Part shown: positions 36,606-47,853 of the stretch, piece after piece
How positions within the stretch are numbered: position 1 is the stretch's first letter
Layout of the letters: each line of letters opens with the position of its first letter
Assembly: GCA_948517135.1 (NCBI GenBank)
Contig: CAORJJ010000002.1
Span: 671 to 61,140 of the forward strand
Source of the DNA: an uncultured Clostridia bacterium
Lineage (GTDB): Bacteria; Bacillota; Clostridia; TANB77; CAG-508
Length of the DNA stretch: 60,470 nt
Direction of reading: 5' to 3'
Notes under the pieces: model-generated
What the model saw: only the letters and a program-made list of their open reading frames with translations
Database searches by the model: none
What the model was told of the DNA's origin: nothing
Program-made: the position numbers and the translations under genes

Positions 36606-36634
36606 ATTATATGCAATTTTTTCAAAATTATCAA
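36606..36634 (-). promoter_or_regulatory. distal promoter upstream of the GT2 gene
   Basis: Minus strand TTGATA (36629-36634), a 17-nt spacer, then TATAAT (36606-36611). Confidence 0.5.
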
Positions 36635-36707
36635 AAAAAATTTTTATTTAAGTGAGTATTTATTTTGTCAAATATATTATTCATATACCTATATTTTGAT
36701 AATAAAA

Positions 36708-36738
36708 AAGACATTTGAATAAAATAACCAAATGTCTT
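36708..36738 (-). terminator. pnp terminator
   Basis: The AAGACATTTG/CAAATGTCTT 10-bp stem is followed by a T-run on the minus strand. Confidence 0.7.
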
Positions 36739-36755
36739 TTTCCTCTTTACATTTT

Positions 36756-38888
36756 CTATTCTTTATTTTCAGACTCATTTTCTGTTTCAGAATATAAATC
36801 TTTTCTTGTTAAGTTTACTCTTCCTTGATTATCAATTTCATAAACTTTAACAGTAACTTCATCTCCAATTTTTAAAACATCTTCAACTTTATTTATTCTC
36901 TCTTTTGAAATTTTTGAAATATGAAGTAATCCTTCTTTTCCACCACCTAAGTCTACAAAAGCACCAAATGTAAGTATTCTTGTAACTTTACCAGTGTAAA
37001 TTCCATCAACTTCGATTTCTCTTGTTATATCATCAATAATTGATTTTGCTTTGTAAGCGCCCTCAATATTATCTGAATAAATAAATACAGATCCATCTTC
37101 TTCAATATCAATTTTTACTCCAGTTTCTTCAATTATTTTATTAATAACCTTTCCACCTGAACCAATAACATCTTTAATTTTATCTGGATTAATTTTCATA
37201 TTAATAATCTTTGGAGCATATTTTGAAATTTCTTTTCTAGGTTCTGCTAGTTGTGGAGCCATAATATCATCTAAAATATATCTTCTTGCTTTTGCTGTTC
37301 TTTCAAAAGCTTCAGCTATAATTTCATAACTTAATCCATCAACTTTAATATCTACTTGGATAGCTGTAATACCATCTCTTGTTCCACCAACTTTAAAATC
37401 CATATCTCCAAAGAAATCTTCAATTCCTTGAATATCTGTTATAACAACATATTTTGAAGGATCATTTTCATCTGTAATTAATCCTGTTGAAATACCTGCT
37501 ACTGGTTTCTTAATTGGAACACCAGCATCCATTAATGCAAGTGTTGATGCACAAATACTTCCTTGAGATGTTGAACCATTTGAGCTTAAAATTTCTGATA
37601 CAACTCTTATTGCATATGGGAATTCTTCTACTGTTGGTAATACTGGAACTAATGCTTTTTCAGCTAATGCACCATGTCCAATTTCTCTTCTTCCTGGACC
37701 TCTTGATGATTTTGCTTCACCAACACTATATCCTGGGAAGTTATATTGATGCATATATCTTTTTGATTCTTCTGTATCTAATCCATCTAGCATTTGTTCT
37801 TCACTTTTCATGCCAAGAGTTACAATTGACATTACTTGTGTTCTACCTCTATTAAATAAAGCACTACCATGAACTCTAGGAATTAAACCAACTTCACAAG
37901 ATAAAGGTCTTATATCATATATACCTCTACCATCAACTCTTTTTCCTTCATCTAAAATTAATTTTCTAACTGTTTTCTTTTCTAATTTGTATAAAGCATC
38001 TGCTATTGCTTTACTATCTTCTTCTAATTTTTCTTCTCCGTATTTTTCGCCATACCAAGATTTTACATCTTCTGTAAGCTTGTCTATCTTTTCATCTCTT
38101 TCTGGTTTATCTGGTGTTTGAACATCTTGTTTCATTCTTTCTGAAAATTCACCAGCTACAATATCATATACTTCTTCATTTACTGCAAATGATGTATACT
38201 CAAATTTTGGTTTACCAATTTCATTTTTAATGTTTTGAATAAATTCACAAACTCTCTTAATTTCACCATGAGCCATTTTTATTGCTTCTAACATTGTATT
38301 ATCTGGTATTTCATCTGCACCAGCTTCTATCATTGCTATTTTATCAATTGTTCCTGCAACAGTTAATGTTAATCTACTTTCTTCTCTTTGTTTTTCTGTT
38401 GGATTAATTACTATTTGATCATTTACATATCCAACTGCAACAGCAGCTGTTGGTCCACCAAATGGAATATCTGATATTGATAATGCAGTAGATGTACCAA
38501 TCATTGCACATACTTCTGGTGAACAATCTTGTTCTACTGATAATACTAAACAACTAACAACAACATCATTTCTAAAATCTTTTGGAAATAATGGTCTTAT
38601 TGGTCTATCAATTGCTCTTGCTGTTAATATTGCCTTATCTGTTGGTTTTCCTTCTCTTTTTGTAAATCCTCCTGGAATTTTTCCTACTGCATATAATCTT
38701 TCTTCATAATCTACTGAAAGTGGGAAAAAATCTATTCCTTCTTTTGGTTCTTTTGATGCTGTAACATTTACAAGCACAGTAGTTTCTCCATATTTTACTA
38801 AAACACTACCATTAGCAAGTCCTGCCATTTTTCCGTTTTCAATTGTAAGAGTTCTTCCTGCTAACTCCATACTATAAGTTTTAAACAT
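36756..38888 (-). CDS. pnp: polyribonucleotide nucleotidyltransferase (PNPase)
   Basis: 710 aa. Two RNase PH domains (FGDMDFKVGGT) are followed by KH (GSGGKVINKI) and S1 (GKVTRILTFGAFVDL) domains. Confidence 0.95.
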   Translation of the reverse strand: MFKTYSMELAGRTLTIENGKMAGLANGSVLVKYGETTVLVNVTASKEPKEGIDFFPLSVDYEERLYAVGKIPGGFTKREGKPTDKAILTARAIDRPIRPLFPKDFRNDVVVSCLVLSVEQDCSPEVCAMIGTSTALSISDIPFGGPTAAVAVGYVNDQIVINPTEKQREESRLTLTVAGTIDKIAMIEAGADEIPDNTMLEAIKMAHGEIKRVCEFIQNIKNEIGKPKFEYTSFAVNEEVYDIVAGEFSERMKQDVQTPDKPERDEKIDKLTEDVKSWYGEKYGEEKLEEDSKAIADALYKLEKKTVRKLILDEGKRVDGRGIYDIRPLSCEVGLIPRVHGSALFNRGRTQVMSIVTLGMKSEEQMLDGLDTEESKRYMHQYNFPGYSVGEAKSSRGPGRREIGHGALAEKALVPVLPTVEEFPYAIRVVSEILSSNGSTSQGSICASTLALMDAGVPIKKPVAGISTGLITDENDPSKYVVITDIQGIEDFFGDMDFKVGGTRDGITAIQVDIKVDGLSYEIIAEAFERTAKARRYILDDIMAPQLAEPRKEISKYAPKIINMKINPDKIKDVIGSGGKVINKIIEETGVKIDIEEDGSVFIYSDNIEGAYKAKSIIDDITREIEVDGIYTGKVTRILTFGAFVDLGGGKEGLLHISKISKERINKVEDVLKIGDEVTVKVYEIDNQGRVNLTRKDLYSETENESENKE

Positions 38889-39113
38889 TTTTACATCTCC
38901 CTTTTAATTATTTTAGTAATTTATCTGAAATGTAACCTCTACAATATATACTTAATATACATATGTTTCCACTTATATAACAAAATATACATTGTGCAAG
39001 CTACTCTTCAAATAAATAACCACATATATTTTACTATAATTAAATTTAAAAAGCAACAATAAGTTTATAATATTATGTAACTCTTCTAATGCATTAACTT
39101 TAAAGCACAAAAA

Positions 39114-39138
39114 AGCCTACACATTAAAGTGCAGGCTT
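39114..39138 (-). terminator. rpsO terminator
   Basis: The GCCTGCAC/GTGTAGGC stem (one G-U pair) is followed by a T6 run on the minus strand. Confidence 0.65.
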
Positions 39139-39144
39139 TTAAAA

Positions 39145-39408
39145 TTATTTTCTTAAAGATAATTTTTTAACAATTTCTCTATATCTGTTAATATCTTTTT
39201 TAGCTAAGTAATTTAATAGGTTTCTTCTTTTACCTATCATTTTTAATAATCCTCTTCTTGAGTGATTATCTTTTTGGTGAACTTTTAAATGTTCTGTTAA
39301 TTCAGAAATTCTTTCTGTTAAAAGAGCGATTTGAACTTCTGGAGAACCAGTATCATTTTCCTCTCTTTTATGTGTAGCTATAATTTCTTGTTTTCTTTCC
39401 TTTGTCAT
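39145..39408 (-). CDS. rpsO: 30S ribosomal protein S15
   Basis: 87 aa from ATG 39408 (GGAGG RBS): [34 protein letters not shown]...[14 protein letters not shown]. The track ORF has an 11-codon N-terminal extension. Confidence 0.93.
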   Translation of the reverse strand: MTKERKQEIIATHKREENDTGSPEVQIALLTERISELTEHLKVHQKDNHSRRGLLKMIGKRRNLLNYLAKKDINRYREIVKKLSLRK

Positions 39409-39500
39409 TTTTCTTTTTCCTCCTATATTTATATTTGCCATATTCTGAGAATAAAGTAGGTTTTTTCCTCTAAACCAAGAATATGGTATTTAACGTAACT

Positions 39501-39529
39501 ATTTTACTACGTTTGTTTCAAAAAATCAA
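39501..39529 (-). promoter_or_regulatory. promoter of rpsO
   Basis: Minus strand TTGATT (39524-39529), a 17-nt spacer, then TAAAAT (39501-39506). Confidence 0.5.
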
Positions 39530-39538
39530 GTATTTTAA

Positions 39539-40183
39539 TTAATCTTTTAATGTTTTATAATTTTTTTCTGTATAATCAATATATAAAACTAACTCAAATA
39601 TTGCAAATGCAATCATTATGTTTATTATAGATGGTGTTAAAGGAACTCTTCCTATTGAAATACAACTTGCAATAAATAGTTCTGTTAATAAAATTATCCC
39701 TGCAATCTTTCCTAAAAGAGTTATTGCATTCATTTTTCTAAATTTGATTATCATATATGCTACTATAACAATTGCTGATATAAATAATGGTACTATATAT
39801 GGTCTTACAATATCTCTTAATCTTATATTAGGATTTGTTGTTATATTAATTGTTTCTTTTGTGAATGCAGTTCCATATTTTTCATTTACTTTGTTTACTA
39901 AATTTTCTTTTTCTTCATCTGTTACAGACTCAACATCAATATTAACAGCATCATCAAATAATTCTATTTTTCTTATTATAACTTTTTTATCATTAAAAAC
40001 TTCTTTGCAAATACTTTCTATATCTGATATTTCGATTTTCTTACCTATTACTAATTTTATTGTTTCATGTTGTTCATATATTAATGAAACATTAAATCCT
40101 TTTAATGCTACAACTATTGCTCCAGCAACAATAATAAGAATTAAACCTAATAATACTATTTTTTTCATTCCACTTAATTTCAT
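39539..40183 (-). CDS. short SecF-like membrane protein (divergent)
   Basis: 214 aa. N-terminal TM, an extracytoplasmic domain of about 100 aa, then only 3 C-terminal TM helices. It sits directly after the SecD-like gene in the conserved queA-tgt...secDF neighbourhood. Confidence 0.45.
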   Translation of the reverse strand: MKLSGMKKIVLLGLILIIVAGAIVVALKGFNVSLIYEQHETIKLVIGKKIEISDIESICKEVFNDKKVIIRKIELFDDAVNIDVESVTDEEKENLVNKVNEKYGTAFTKETINITTNPNIRLRDIVRPYIVPLFISAIVIVAYMIIKFRKMNAITLLGKIAGIILLTELFIASCISIGRVPLTPSIINIMIAFAIFELVLYIDYTEKNYKTLKD

Positions 40184-40208
40184 ATTATCTTCTCCTAAAT
40201 TTCAAAAT

Positions 40209-41687
40209 CTAAATTAAACCTATAAGGTATATTAGTCCACTATAAACAGCTTGTATTGCTAGTCCCCAAAATAGAACCATACCAATACTACTAATTACAG
40301 CACCTGTCATGAAAGTAAATATAATTGCAATTATTGCAACTGGAATAATTGCTAAATATAATTCCTTAATTGTTTCTGTAAATACTAATTTTACATCATC
40401 ACTTTTCTTTAAATTTTCTAATAATTTAAAAGTAAATAATATATTTATTCCTACTACACCTACAAATGCAATTAGTGAATTTATTGTAATTAATACATTT
40501 GTATATCTAAGAGCAAGTGTTAGTATTGCAATATATCCAACATTTAAAATTGCTAATTTAACACCATTTAATTTGTATTTCGAAATCATTATAATTGAAA
40601 GAATTACAAATATAATTGCAAATGAAACAATCGCAATCAATTTTACCTCTGAAGTTACTGATGATTGTATATAATTGTCTGCACTTATTTTATAGTTTAA
40701 TGGTAATGTATCAAGATTTAAAAGTTCTGCAACTCTAACTGTACTAGCATAAGCAACCACAAACTCTTCTTGTTTTTGTGTTGCTTGTCCTAATGGTATT
40801 TGTAAAACACCATTAGTTAATTCATCACCAAAATATGTCTCTATTAATTCTCTATCATCAAGTTCAACTGAAACATATTTTGTTGTTGTATTTCCAGCTT
40901 CATCAGCTTTACTTACATATGTTTTACTTATTTCTTTTAATTTCTCTGTTCCTTCTTTATCTAATTGAACAATTAAATATACCTGGTATCCAGATTCATT
41001 GTTTGTATATGTTGCTGATGCTTGTTTTATATTTGAATTATTTAATAATACTAGACCATTTTGATGATCCACAACTTCAAATTTACCTTCTGTTGCAACT
41101 AATGATTCTTGAATTTCTACATTTTCATTATCTGGAACTTCTAATACTAATTCTCCAGTAACATTATCTAATCTAATATTATATTCATATAAATCAATAG
41201 TTTCTAATCTCTTTTGAATTATTTTTTTTGTTTTCTCAAAATTTTCAATATTTATATCAGCATCTTCATTTGCTTTTATAACTCTCTTTTCTTTTGTATA
41301 ATTTGCTAATATATCATCTTCCTTATTTTCTTCAGATTCAACTGGCGCTTCAGGTTGTGTAACTTCTGTTTGCGCATTATCAACTGGATTGTTATTTTCA
41401 TCTACTAAGCTAATCTCAGGACTACTTGTAGTTTCCTTTTCTTCTGTAACATCTCCTGCATAATTTCCTTCTGAATCTAAATAAATTTCTTTTTCTTCTT
41501 CTGATGTATCAAGAACAAATTTTAATTCTCTAATTCCATCTAATTCCATTCCATAGCTAAATTTCTTTAAAACATTTTCCCATACACCTTGTTTTTTTAC
41601 ATATAGTCCACCAAATGCTATTGCTGATATTAAAATTACTATTAATACTACAGCTACTGTTTTAATTCTTTTTAAATTTTTTTCCAA
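40209..41687 (-). CDS. SecD-like membrane protein (divergent)
   Basis: 492 aa with a TTG start after GGAGG. It has 1+5 TM topology and a large extracytoplasmic domain. YGMELDGIRELKFVLD resembles the GLDLxGG motif. Conserved charged TM residues are not evident. Confidence 0.5.
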   Translation of the reverse strand: MEKNLKRIKTVAVVLIVILISAIAFGGLYVKKQGVWENVLKKFSYGMELDGIRELKFVLDTSEEEKEIYLDSEGNYAGDVTEEKETTSSPEISLVDENNNPVDNAQTEVTQPEAPVESEENKEDDILANYTKEKRVIKANEDADINIENFEKTKKIIQKRLETIDLYEYNIRLDNVTGELVLEVPDNENVEIQESLVATEGKFEVVDHQNGLVLLNNSNIKQASATYTNNESGYQVYLIVQLDKEGTEKLKEISKTYVSKADEAGNTTTKYVSVELDDRELIETYFGDELTNGVLQIPLGQATQKQEEFVVAYASTVRVAELLNLDTLPLNYKISADNYIQSSVTSEVKLIAIVSFAIIFVILSIIMISKYKLNGVKLAILNVGYIAILTLALRYTNVLITINSLIAFVGVVGINILFTFKLLENLKKSDDVKLVFTETIKELYLAIIPVAIIAIIFTFMTGAVISSIGMVLFWGLAIQAVYSGLIYLIGLI

Positions 41688-41699
41688 AACAACTACCTC

Positions 41700-42359
41700 C
41701 TATAATAAGTTTGTATCATTAATTATTAATTCAAACCATAAACCTAAATATTTTGCTGCTCTTTTACTCATTTTTGTTCTATCCATAAATATCTCAAAAT
41801 AATCAATAACTGGACAAATTTTTGTATCTATTTTTAAATTTAAAATAGCTTTTCTTTCTTCAATATCTATTTTTAATTCTGAACTTGTAACTGCATAATT
41901 TACTTCATCATGTTTATCAAAAAGACTTCTATCTGTTTTTGAAACTCTACTTCTATGAGCATCAGACTTATCAGCTAATATTAATGCTGCTGATATATCA
42001 CTAACAGGTGTTCCTGTTGACTCATCATGATTTCCTATTGCCATAATAATTTCTGTTCTATCTTTTACATCCATTCCCATATCTTTCAAAATATTATAAG
42101 CCAAAATAGCTCCTGTATGTGCATGATCAACTCTATTTACTGAATTTCCAATATCATGCATATAACCTGCAATTTTTGCAAGTTCAATTCTTTTTTCATC
42201 ATATCCTAATGATTTAAGAATTTGTGCAGCTCTTTCTGCAACTAAGGAAACGTGTCTTATTGAATGTTCTGTATATCCAATAACATCCATTTGTTTTTGA
42301 GCATTAATTATCAGTTCATTAACTTCTGCATTATTTACAACATCCTCAAAAGTTACCAT
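41700..42359 (-). CDS. HD-domain phosphohydrolase
   Basis: 219 aa with H...HD motifs (SIRHVSLVAE..., YMHDIGN, GNHDES). Confidence 0.8.
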   Translation of the reverse strand: MVTFEDVVNNAEVNELIINAQKQMDVIGYTEHSIRHVSLVAERAAQILKSLGYDEKRIELAKIAGYMHDIGNSVNRVDHAHTGAILAYNILKDMGMDVKDRTEIIMAIGNHDESTGTPVSDISAALILADKSDAHRSRVSKTDRSLFDKHDEVNYAVTSSELKIDIEERKAILNLKIDTKICPVIDYFEIFMDRTKMSKRAAKYLGLWFELIINDTNLL

Positions 42360-42468
42360 ATATCCTCCTTTGCCTCATTATTTATATAAACACTTATGAT
42401 TGTACTTTTCATACTTGTAAATTGTATATTAAATAATAAAAAATATCAACATATTTTTATCATTTAAT

Positions 42469-42819
42469 TTAAAAATTAACACCTAATATTCCTCCAACTG
42501 CTCCTCCTAATATTCCCAAAACTATGAAAATTAATGAATTTATTGTTAAAGAAAAATCTAACAAAATAATACTTGAAAGTATATACAAACATAAAATATA
42601 AACGATTCCTAATAAACTACCAAAAATTATGCCTTTCTCTTTTTTATTTTTTGCTATGCAAAATCCTCCTATTAAAATAGAAAATGTAGTAATTCCTATT
42701 ATAATTGGGTATAACCAACTATCATTTATATTAGTATTACTCATTATAAGTGATAAAACTCCTATTAATACTAATGAAATTACATTTGATAAAACCAAAC
42801 TTTTTAAAAAATTTTTCAT
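42469..42819 (-). CDS. small integral membrane protein (TIGR04086/YrzE-like)
   Basis: About 116 aa from ATG 42819 (GAGGTG RBS; the track ORF begins at that GTG). Four hydrophobic helices, including GGFCIAKNKKEKGIIFGSLLG. Confidence 0.6.
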   Translation of the reverse strand: MKNFLKSLVLSNVISLVLIGVLSLIMSNTNINDSWLYPIIIGITTFSILIGGFCIAKNKKEKGIIFGSLLGIVYILCLYILSSIILLDFSLTINSLIFIVLGILGGAVGGILGVNF

Positions 42820-42896
42820 AATAAAACACCTCACAAAAAGAAAAAATCTAATACAATATATTAGATTTTTTCTTTTTTATTCCATTTTATTAATTT

Positions 42897-44498
42897 TTAT
42901 TCAATAACAATATCCTCTACTGTATTAGTATTTTCATTTTCTTCATTTACAGTATTAGTATTTTCTGTATTTGAACTATTATTCTTTGTATCTTTTTTAT
43001 TTAATAATTTTCCTTCTTCATCAAATTTATTCAAATTGTTTTCAATTAAAAATTCTTTTAGTTCAATTGTTTGTTCATTGTATTCCATATAATAGGTTGT
43101 TTTTCCACCTTGTGTTATAGCATATATTTTACTATAAACACATGGAACTATTAATCTTTCTTCTACTGTATCAAAAATTCCATATGAATCATTAAAGTTT
43201 ACAACAATACCTTTTACTCCAACTTCTGGTGGTATTAATAAAACACTTTGCTCATTACCAGCTGTTTTTGAAGATGCAGTTGATTTGTATCCAAAACCTT
43301 GCCAATTTGTTTTTTGCAATTCTATACCTTGTTTATTGTATAATCCTACATTTCCATCCTTTTCAACTGGTATGCAATTATCAAATAATACATTTGTACT
43401 TTCAATTGGAGTTAATGTAAATTCATCAACAATTTTAGGATCTAACCCAATTTTATCATAATCAGAATGAATTATAACTTGACCTTTTCTACCAACAACA
43501 CCATAGTTTTGACCTTTTTGTACTAAATAAAATTGTTGTTGTTCCTTTTTTTCTCCTTCATCATTTTCACCAGTACTCTCATACAATAATGAAATTTTTT
43601 CATATTCAGATGGTTCTATTATAGTTCCACCTTCAGCATCAAAAAGTCCCATTGTTCCATTTTCAACTGTTATATAAAATTCTCCTACATTTTGAATATA
43701 TGTTATATCATCATATTTTCTACTTATTATTTCTTGTCTTTTGGCTGTTGAATATACTCCATAATATTTAGATGTATTTCCTATATTAGTTGTTGCAGCT
43801 TCTGCATCTCCAACAATAACAATATCATCTAAAGTTGCTCTTAAATTTTCATAGTAACCACTCATTTCTGTATATCCTGCTTTTACCACAGTAGCTTGAG
43901 CTGATTGTACAACCATATCTAATGTATATATTTTCTTTCTAAATTCTTCCCAACTAATTTTTACATTAAGCATTTTAGGAACAGAATCTAATGGTACAAA
44001 TATTCTTCCGTTTACAAACATTATTGGAGTTTCAGTTTTATAAGTTTCTGAGGTATCTGTATCTCCTTTAACAGTTACTGGTATTTCTGCAATTTTTGCA
44101 TTTGCAGCTAGTTCTATATATTTATCATAACTACATTTTCCAGATGTTATTGCAACAATTTCAAAATCATTTTGCAAATAACAGCTATCTTCATTTTCAT
44201 TATATTTTTTATATTCTCCTTTAGTATATCTATATCCTAAAGTTTCTGCTAAAGTTCTTATATCTATATAAGTTACACCTTCAATATTTCTATATAAAGA
44301 ACTATTAAGCTTTGTTGTTTGATTTTTATTTATAAAAAACTTTTCTGTAATTGAATCTTGATAAGATATTATACATATCATAATAAATAGTAATGCTATA
44401 AATACACCACATAATATTATCGACAACATTACTCCTCTTCTTTTTCTATCTCTGCTTTCTACTTCTTGATTATAAGAATTGCTTTCTTCTAGATTCAT
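42897..44498 (-). CDS. membrane-anchored protein with copper-amine-oxidase-N-like and WG-repeat-like domains
   Basis: 533 aa with an N-terminal TM. GVTYIDIRTLAETLGY and IFVPLDSVPKMLNVKISWEE are stalk-domain type. NYGVVGRKGQVII, GNVGLYNKQGIEL and SYGIFDTVEERLIVP are WG-type repeats. The C-terminal tail is N/T/E-rich. Confidence 0.65.
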   Translation of the reverse strand: MNLEESNSYNQEVESRDRKRRGVMLSIILCGVFIALLFIMICIISYQDSITEKFFINKNQTTKLNSSLYRNIEGVTYIDIRTLAETLGYRYTKGEYKKYNENEDSCYLQNDFEIVAITSGKCSYDKYIELAANAKIAEIPVTVKGDTDTSETYKTETPIMFVNGRIFVPLDSVPKMLNVKISWEEFRKKIYTLDMVVQSAQATVVKAGYTEMSGYYENLRATLDDIVIVGDAEAATTNIGNTSKYYGVYSTAKRQEIISRKYDDITYIQNVGEFYITVENGTMGLFDAEGGTIIEPSEYEKISLLYESTGENDEGEKKEQQQFYLVQKGQNYGVVGRKGQVIIHSDYDKIGLDPKIVDEFTLTPIESTNVLFDNCIPVEKDGNVGLYNKQGIELQKTNWQGFGYKSTASSKTAGNEQSVLLIPPEVGVKGIVVNFNDSYGIFDTVEERLIVPCVYSKIYAITQGGKTTYYMEYNEQTIELKEFLIENNLNKFDEEGKLLNKKDTKNNSSNTENTNTVNEENENTNTVEDIVIE

Positions 44499-44515
44499 AA
44501 ATATCTCCCCCTAAT

Positions 44516-45658
<1,143 letters not shown>

Positions 45659-46684
45659 CTATAATATAATCATTGCATCTCCAAAGCTAAAGAATTTGTA
45701 TTCTTTTTTTACTGCTTCATTATATGCTTTCATAATAAAATCTTTTCCTGCTAAACTTGATACTAACATAATTAAAGTTGATTCTGGTAAATGAAAATTA
45801 GTAATTAAGCTATCTATACAGTTAAATTTGTAACCTGGATAAATAAAAATGCTTGTATCACCTTCTATTTCTTTAACCATTCCTTTTTCATCTGATACAG
45901 ATTCTAAAACTCTACATGATGTTGTACCAACAGCAATTACTCTATTTCCATTTAATTTTGCTTTATTTATTTTATCTGCATCTTCTTTTTTTATATAATA
46001 ATGTTCAGAATGCATTTCATGTTCTTCAACAGTTTCAACTTTTACTGGTCTAAAAGTTCCTATGCCAACATGAAGTGTAACATTTGCAACTTCTACACCT
46101 TTTTCTTTTATTTTTTCTAAAAGTTCTTCTGTAAAATGTAGACCTGCAGTTGGTGCTGCTGCTGAACCTTCATATCTTGCATAAACTGTTTGATATTTTT
46201 CATTATCTTCTCTAGAAGCTTCTGTAATATATGGTGGTAATGGCATCATTCCTATTTGGTCTAAAATTTCATTGAAAATTCCGTTATATTCAAATTCTAC
46301 TTTTCTATTTCCACCTTCTAAAATTTCTTGTACTGTTGCTTTTAAAAGACCATCTCCAAAAATAACTTTACTACCTGGTTTTAATTTATTTCCTGGTTTT
46401 ACCATTGCCTCCCAAGTATCACCTTCAATTCTTTTTAAAAGTAAAAACTGAACATTAGCTCCAGTATCCTTTTTTCCATAAAGTCTTGCTGGTATAACTT
46501 TTGTATTATTAATTACCAAACAATCTCCTGGATTTAAGTAATCTATAACATCTTTAAATACTTTATGTTCAATTAGATCTTTATTTTTATCTAGTACCAT
46601 AAGTCTTGCTTCATCTCTTTTATCATATGGATGTTGGGCAATTAACTCTTTTGGCAATTCATAATTAAAATCAGCGACCTTCAT
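45659..46684 (-). CDS. queA: S-adenosylmethionine:tRNA ribosyltransferase-isomerase
   Basis: 341 aa. Motifs are [29 protein letters not shown] and VGTTSCR. Confidence 0.95.
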   Translation of the reverse strand: MKVADFNYELPKELIAQHPYDKRDEARLMVLDKNKDLIEHKVFKDVIDYLNPGDCLVINNTKVIPARLYGKKDTGANVQFLLLKRIEGDTWEAMVKPGNKLKPGSKVIFGDGLLKATVQEILEGGNRKVEFEYNGIFNEILDQIGMMPLPPYITEASREDNEKYQTVYARYEGSAAAPTAGLHFTEELLEKIKEKGVEVANVTLHVGIGTFRPVKVETVEEHEMHSEHYYIKKEDADKINKAKLNGNRVIAVGTTSCRVLESVSDEKGMVKEIEGDTSIFIYPGYKFNCIDSLITNFHLPESTLIMLVSSLAGKDFIMKAYNEAVKKEYKFFSFGDAMIIL

Positions 46685-47312
46685 CTACTTTATCCTTTCT
46701 TTCTAAAACTAAAGAGTCTTTTCTTTCAAGTGCTTCTAAAACTTTTTTTGCCTCTTCTCTTAAATTTGTATTTTCAGTATTCATAATTACAATATCAGAA
46801 TTATCTATATAAAAACTAGCTGGCTTTTGAGAACTAAGCCTTGCTATTGCAGTTTGTTCATCTAAACAATCTCTTTGGCAAATTCTTTTTACTTGTAATT
46901 CTTTAGTTGCTACTAAAGAAATTACACTATCACAAACTTTATCTAGTCCAGCTTCAAATAACAGTGGTGCATCAATAACTGCATATTTTATTTTAGGTTC
47001 TGCAAATGCTTTTATTCTTTCATATATTTCTTTTGTAATATGAGGAAATGTTATTGAATTTAGCTTTTCACGTTCTTTTTCATCATTATAAATTATATGA
47101 GCTAAATATCTTCTATTCAAATTTCCATCTTCTTTTAAAACCTCTTTCCCAAAAGCATCTACTACATCTTGTAAATATTCTGTTCCTGGAACAGATAAAT
47201 CTTTTGAAACTTGATCAGCATCTACTACTTTTATATCATCTCTTTCGTTTAAAATTTTACTAAAAGTTGACTTTCCAGAACCTGATGTTCCAGTAACTCC
47301 TAAAATTTTCAT
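46671..47312 (-). CDS. coaE: dephospho-CoA kinase
   Basis: [17 protein letters not shown]-loop, with the start at ATG 47312 after a GGAGAGGA RBS. The 3' end overlaps the queA start by 14 nt. Confidence 0.88.
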   Translation of the reverse strand: MKILGVTGTSGSGKSTFSKILNERDDIKVVDADQVSKDLSVPGTEYLQDVVDAFGKEVLKEDGNLNRRYLAHIIYNDEKEREKLNSITFPHITKEIYERIKAFAEPKIKYAVIDAPLLFEAGLDKVCDSVISLVATKELQVKRICQRDCLDEQTAIARLSSQKPASFYIDNSDIVIMNTENTNLREEAKKVLEALERKDSLVLERKDKVDEGR

Positions 47313-47331
47313 ATCAAACATCCTCTCCATA

Positions 47332-47766
47332 TTACAATTTTTTAATAGCACTTGTTGCTAAAAAATCGCATCTGTTATTATACTCATTATCGCTATGACC
47401 TTTTACCTTTATAAATTCTACTTTATGCTTTTGTACTAAACTATATAATTCTTCCCAAAGTTCTTGATTTTTAACTGGATCTTTACTTGCAGTCTTCCAA
47501 TTATTTTTCTTCCAATTATATATCCAACCTTGATTAAATGCATTTACAACATATGCACTATCACTATAAATTTTAACTTCACATTCTTCTTTTAATAATT
47601 TCAATGCTTCTAAAACTGCTGTTATCTCCATTATATTATTTGTTGTATTCTTATTTGCACCTGAAATTTCTTTTGATGTTCCATTATACATCAAAATAGC
47701 CCCCCACCCTCCTGGGCCAGGGTTTCCTGAACACGCTCCATCTGTATATATTGTAACTTTTTTCAT
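47332..47766 (-). CDS. rnhA: ribonuclease HI
   Basis: 144 aa. Motifs are [17 protein letters not shown], the E of MEITA, and YSDSAYV ... [13 protein letters not shown]. Confidence 0.92.
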   Translation of the reverse strand: MKKVTIYTDGACSGNPGPGGWGAILMYNGTSKEISGANKNTTNNIMEITAVLEALKLLKEECEVKIYSDSAYVVNAFNQGWIYNWKKNNWKTASKDPVKNQELWEELYSLVQKHKVEFIKVKGHSDNEYNNRCDFLATSAIKKL

Positions 47767-47853
47767 AAATTCTCCTATTAAATTGTCTTTTTTATAAATC
47801 TATGATATTATACCAGTAAATTTAAAATATTACAATATAGGCGGTGATTTATT

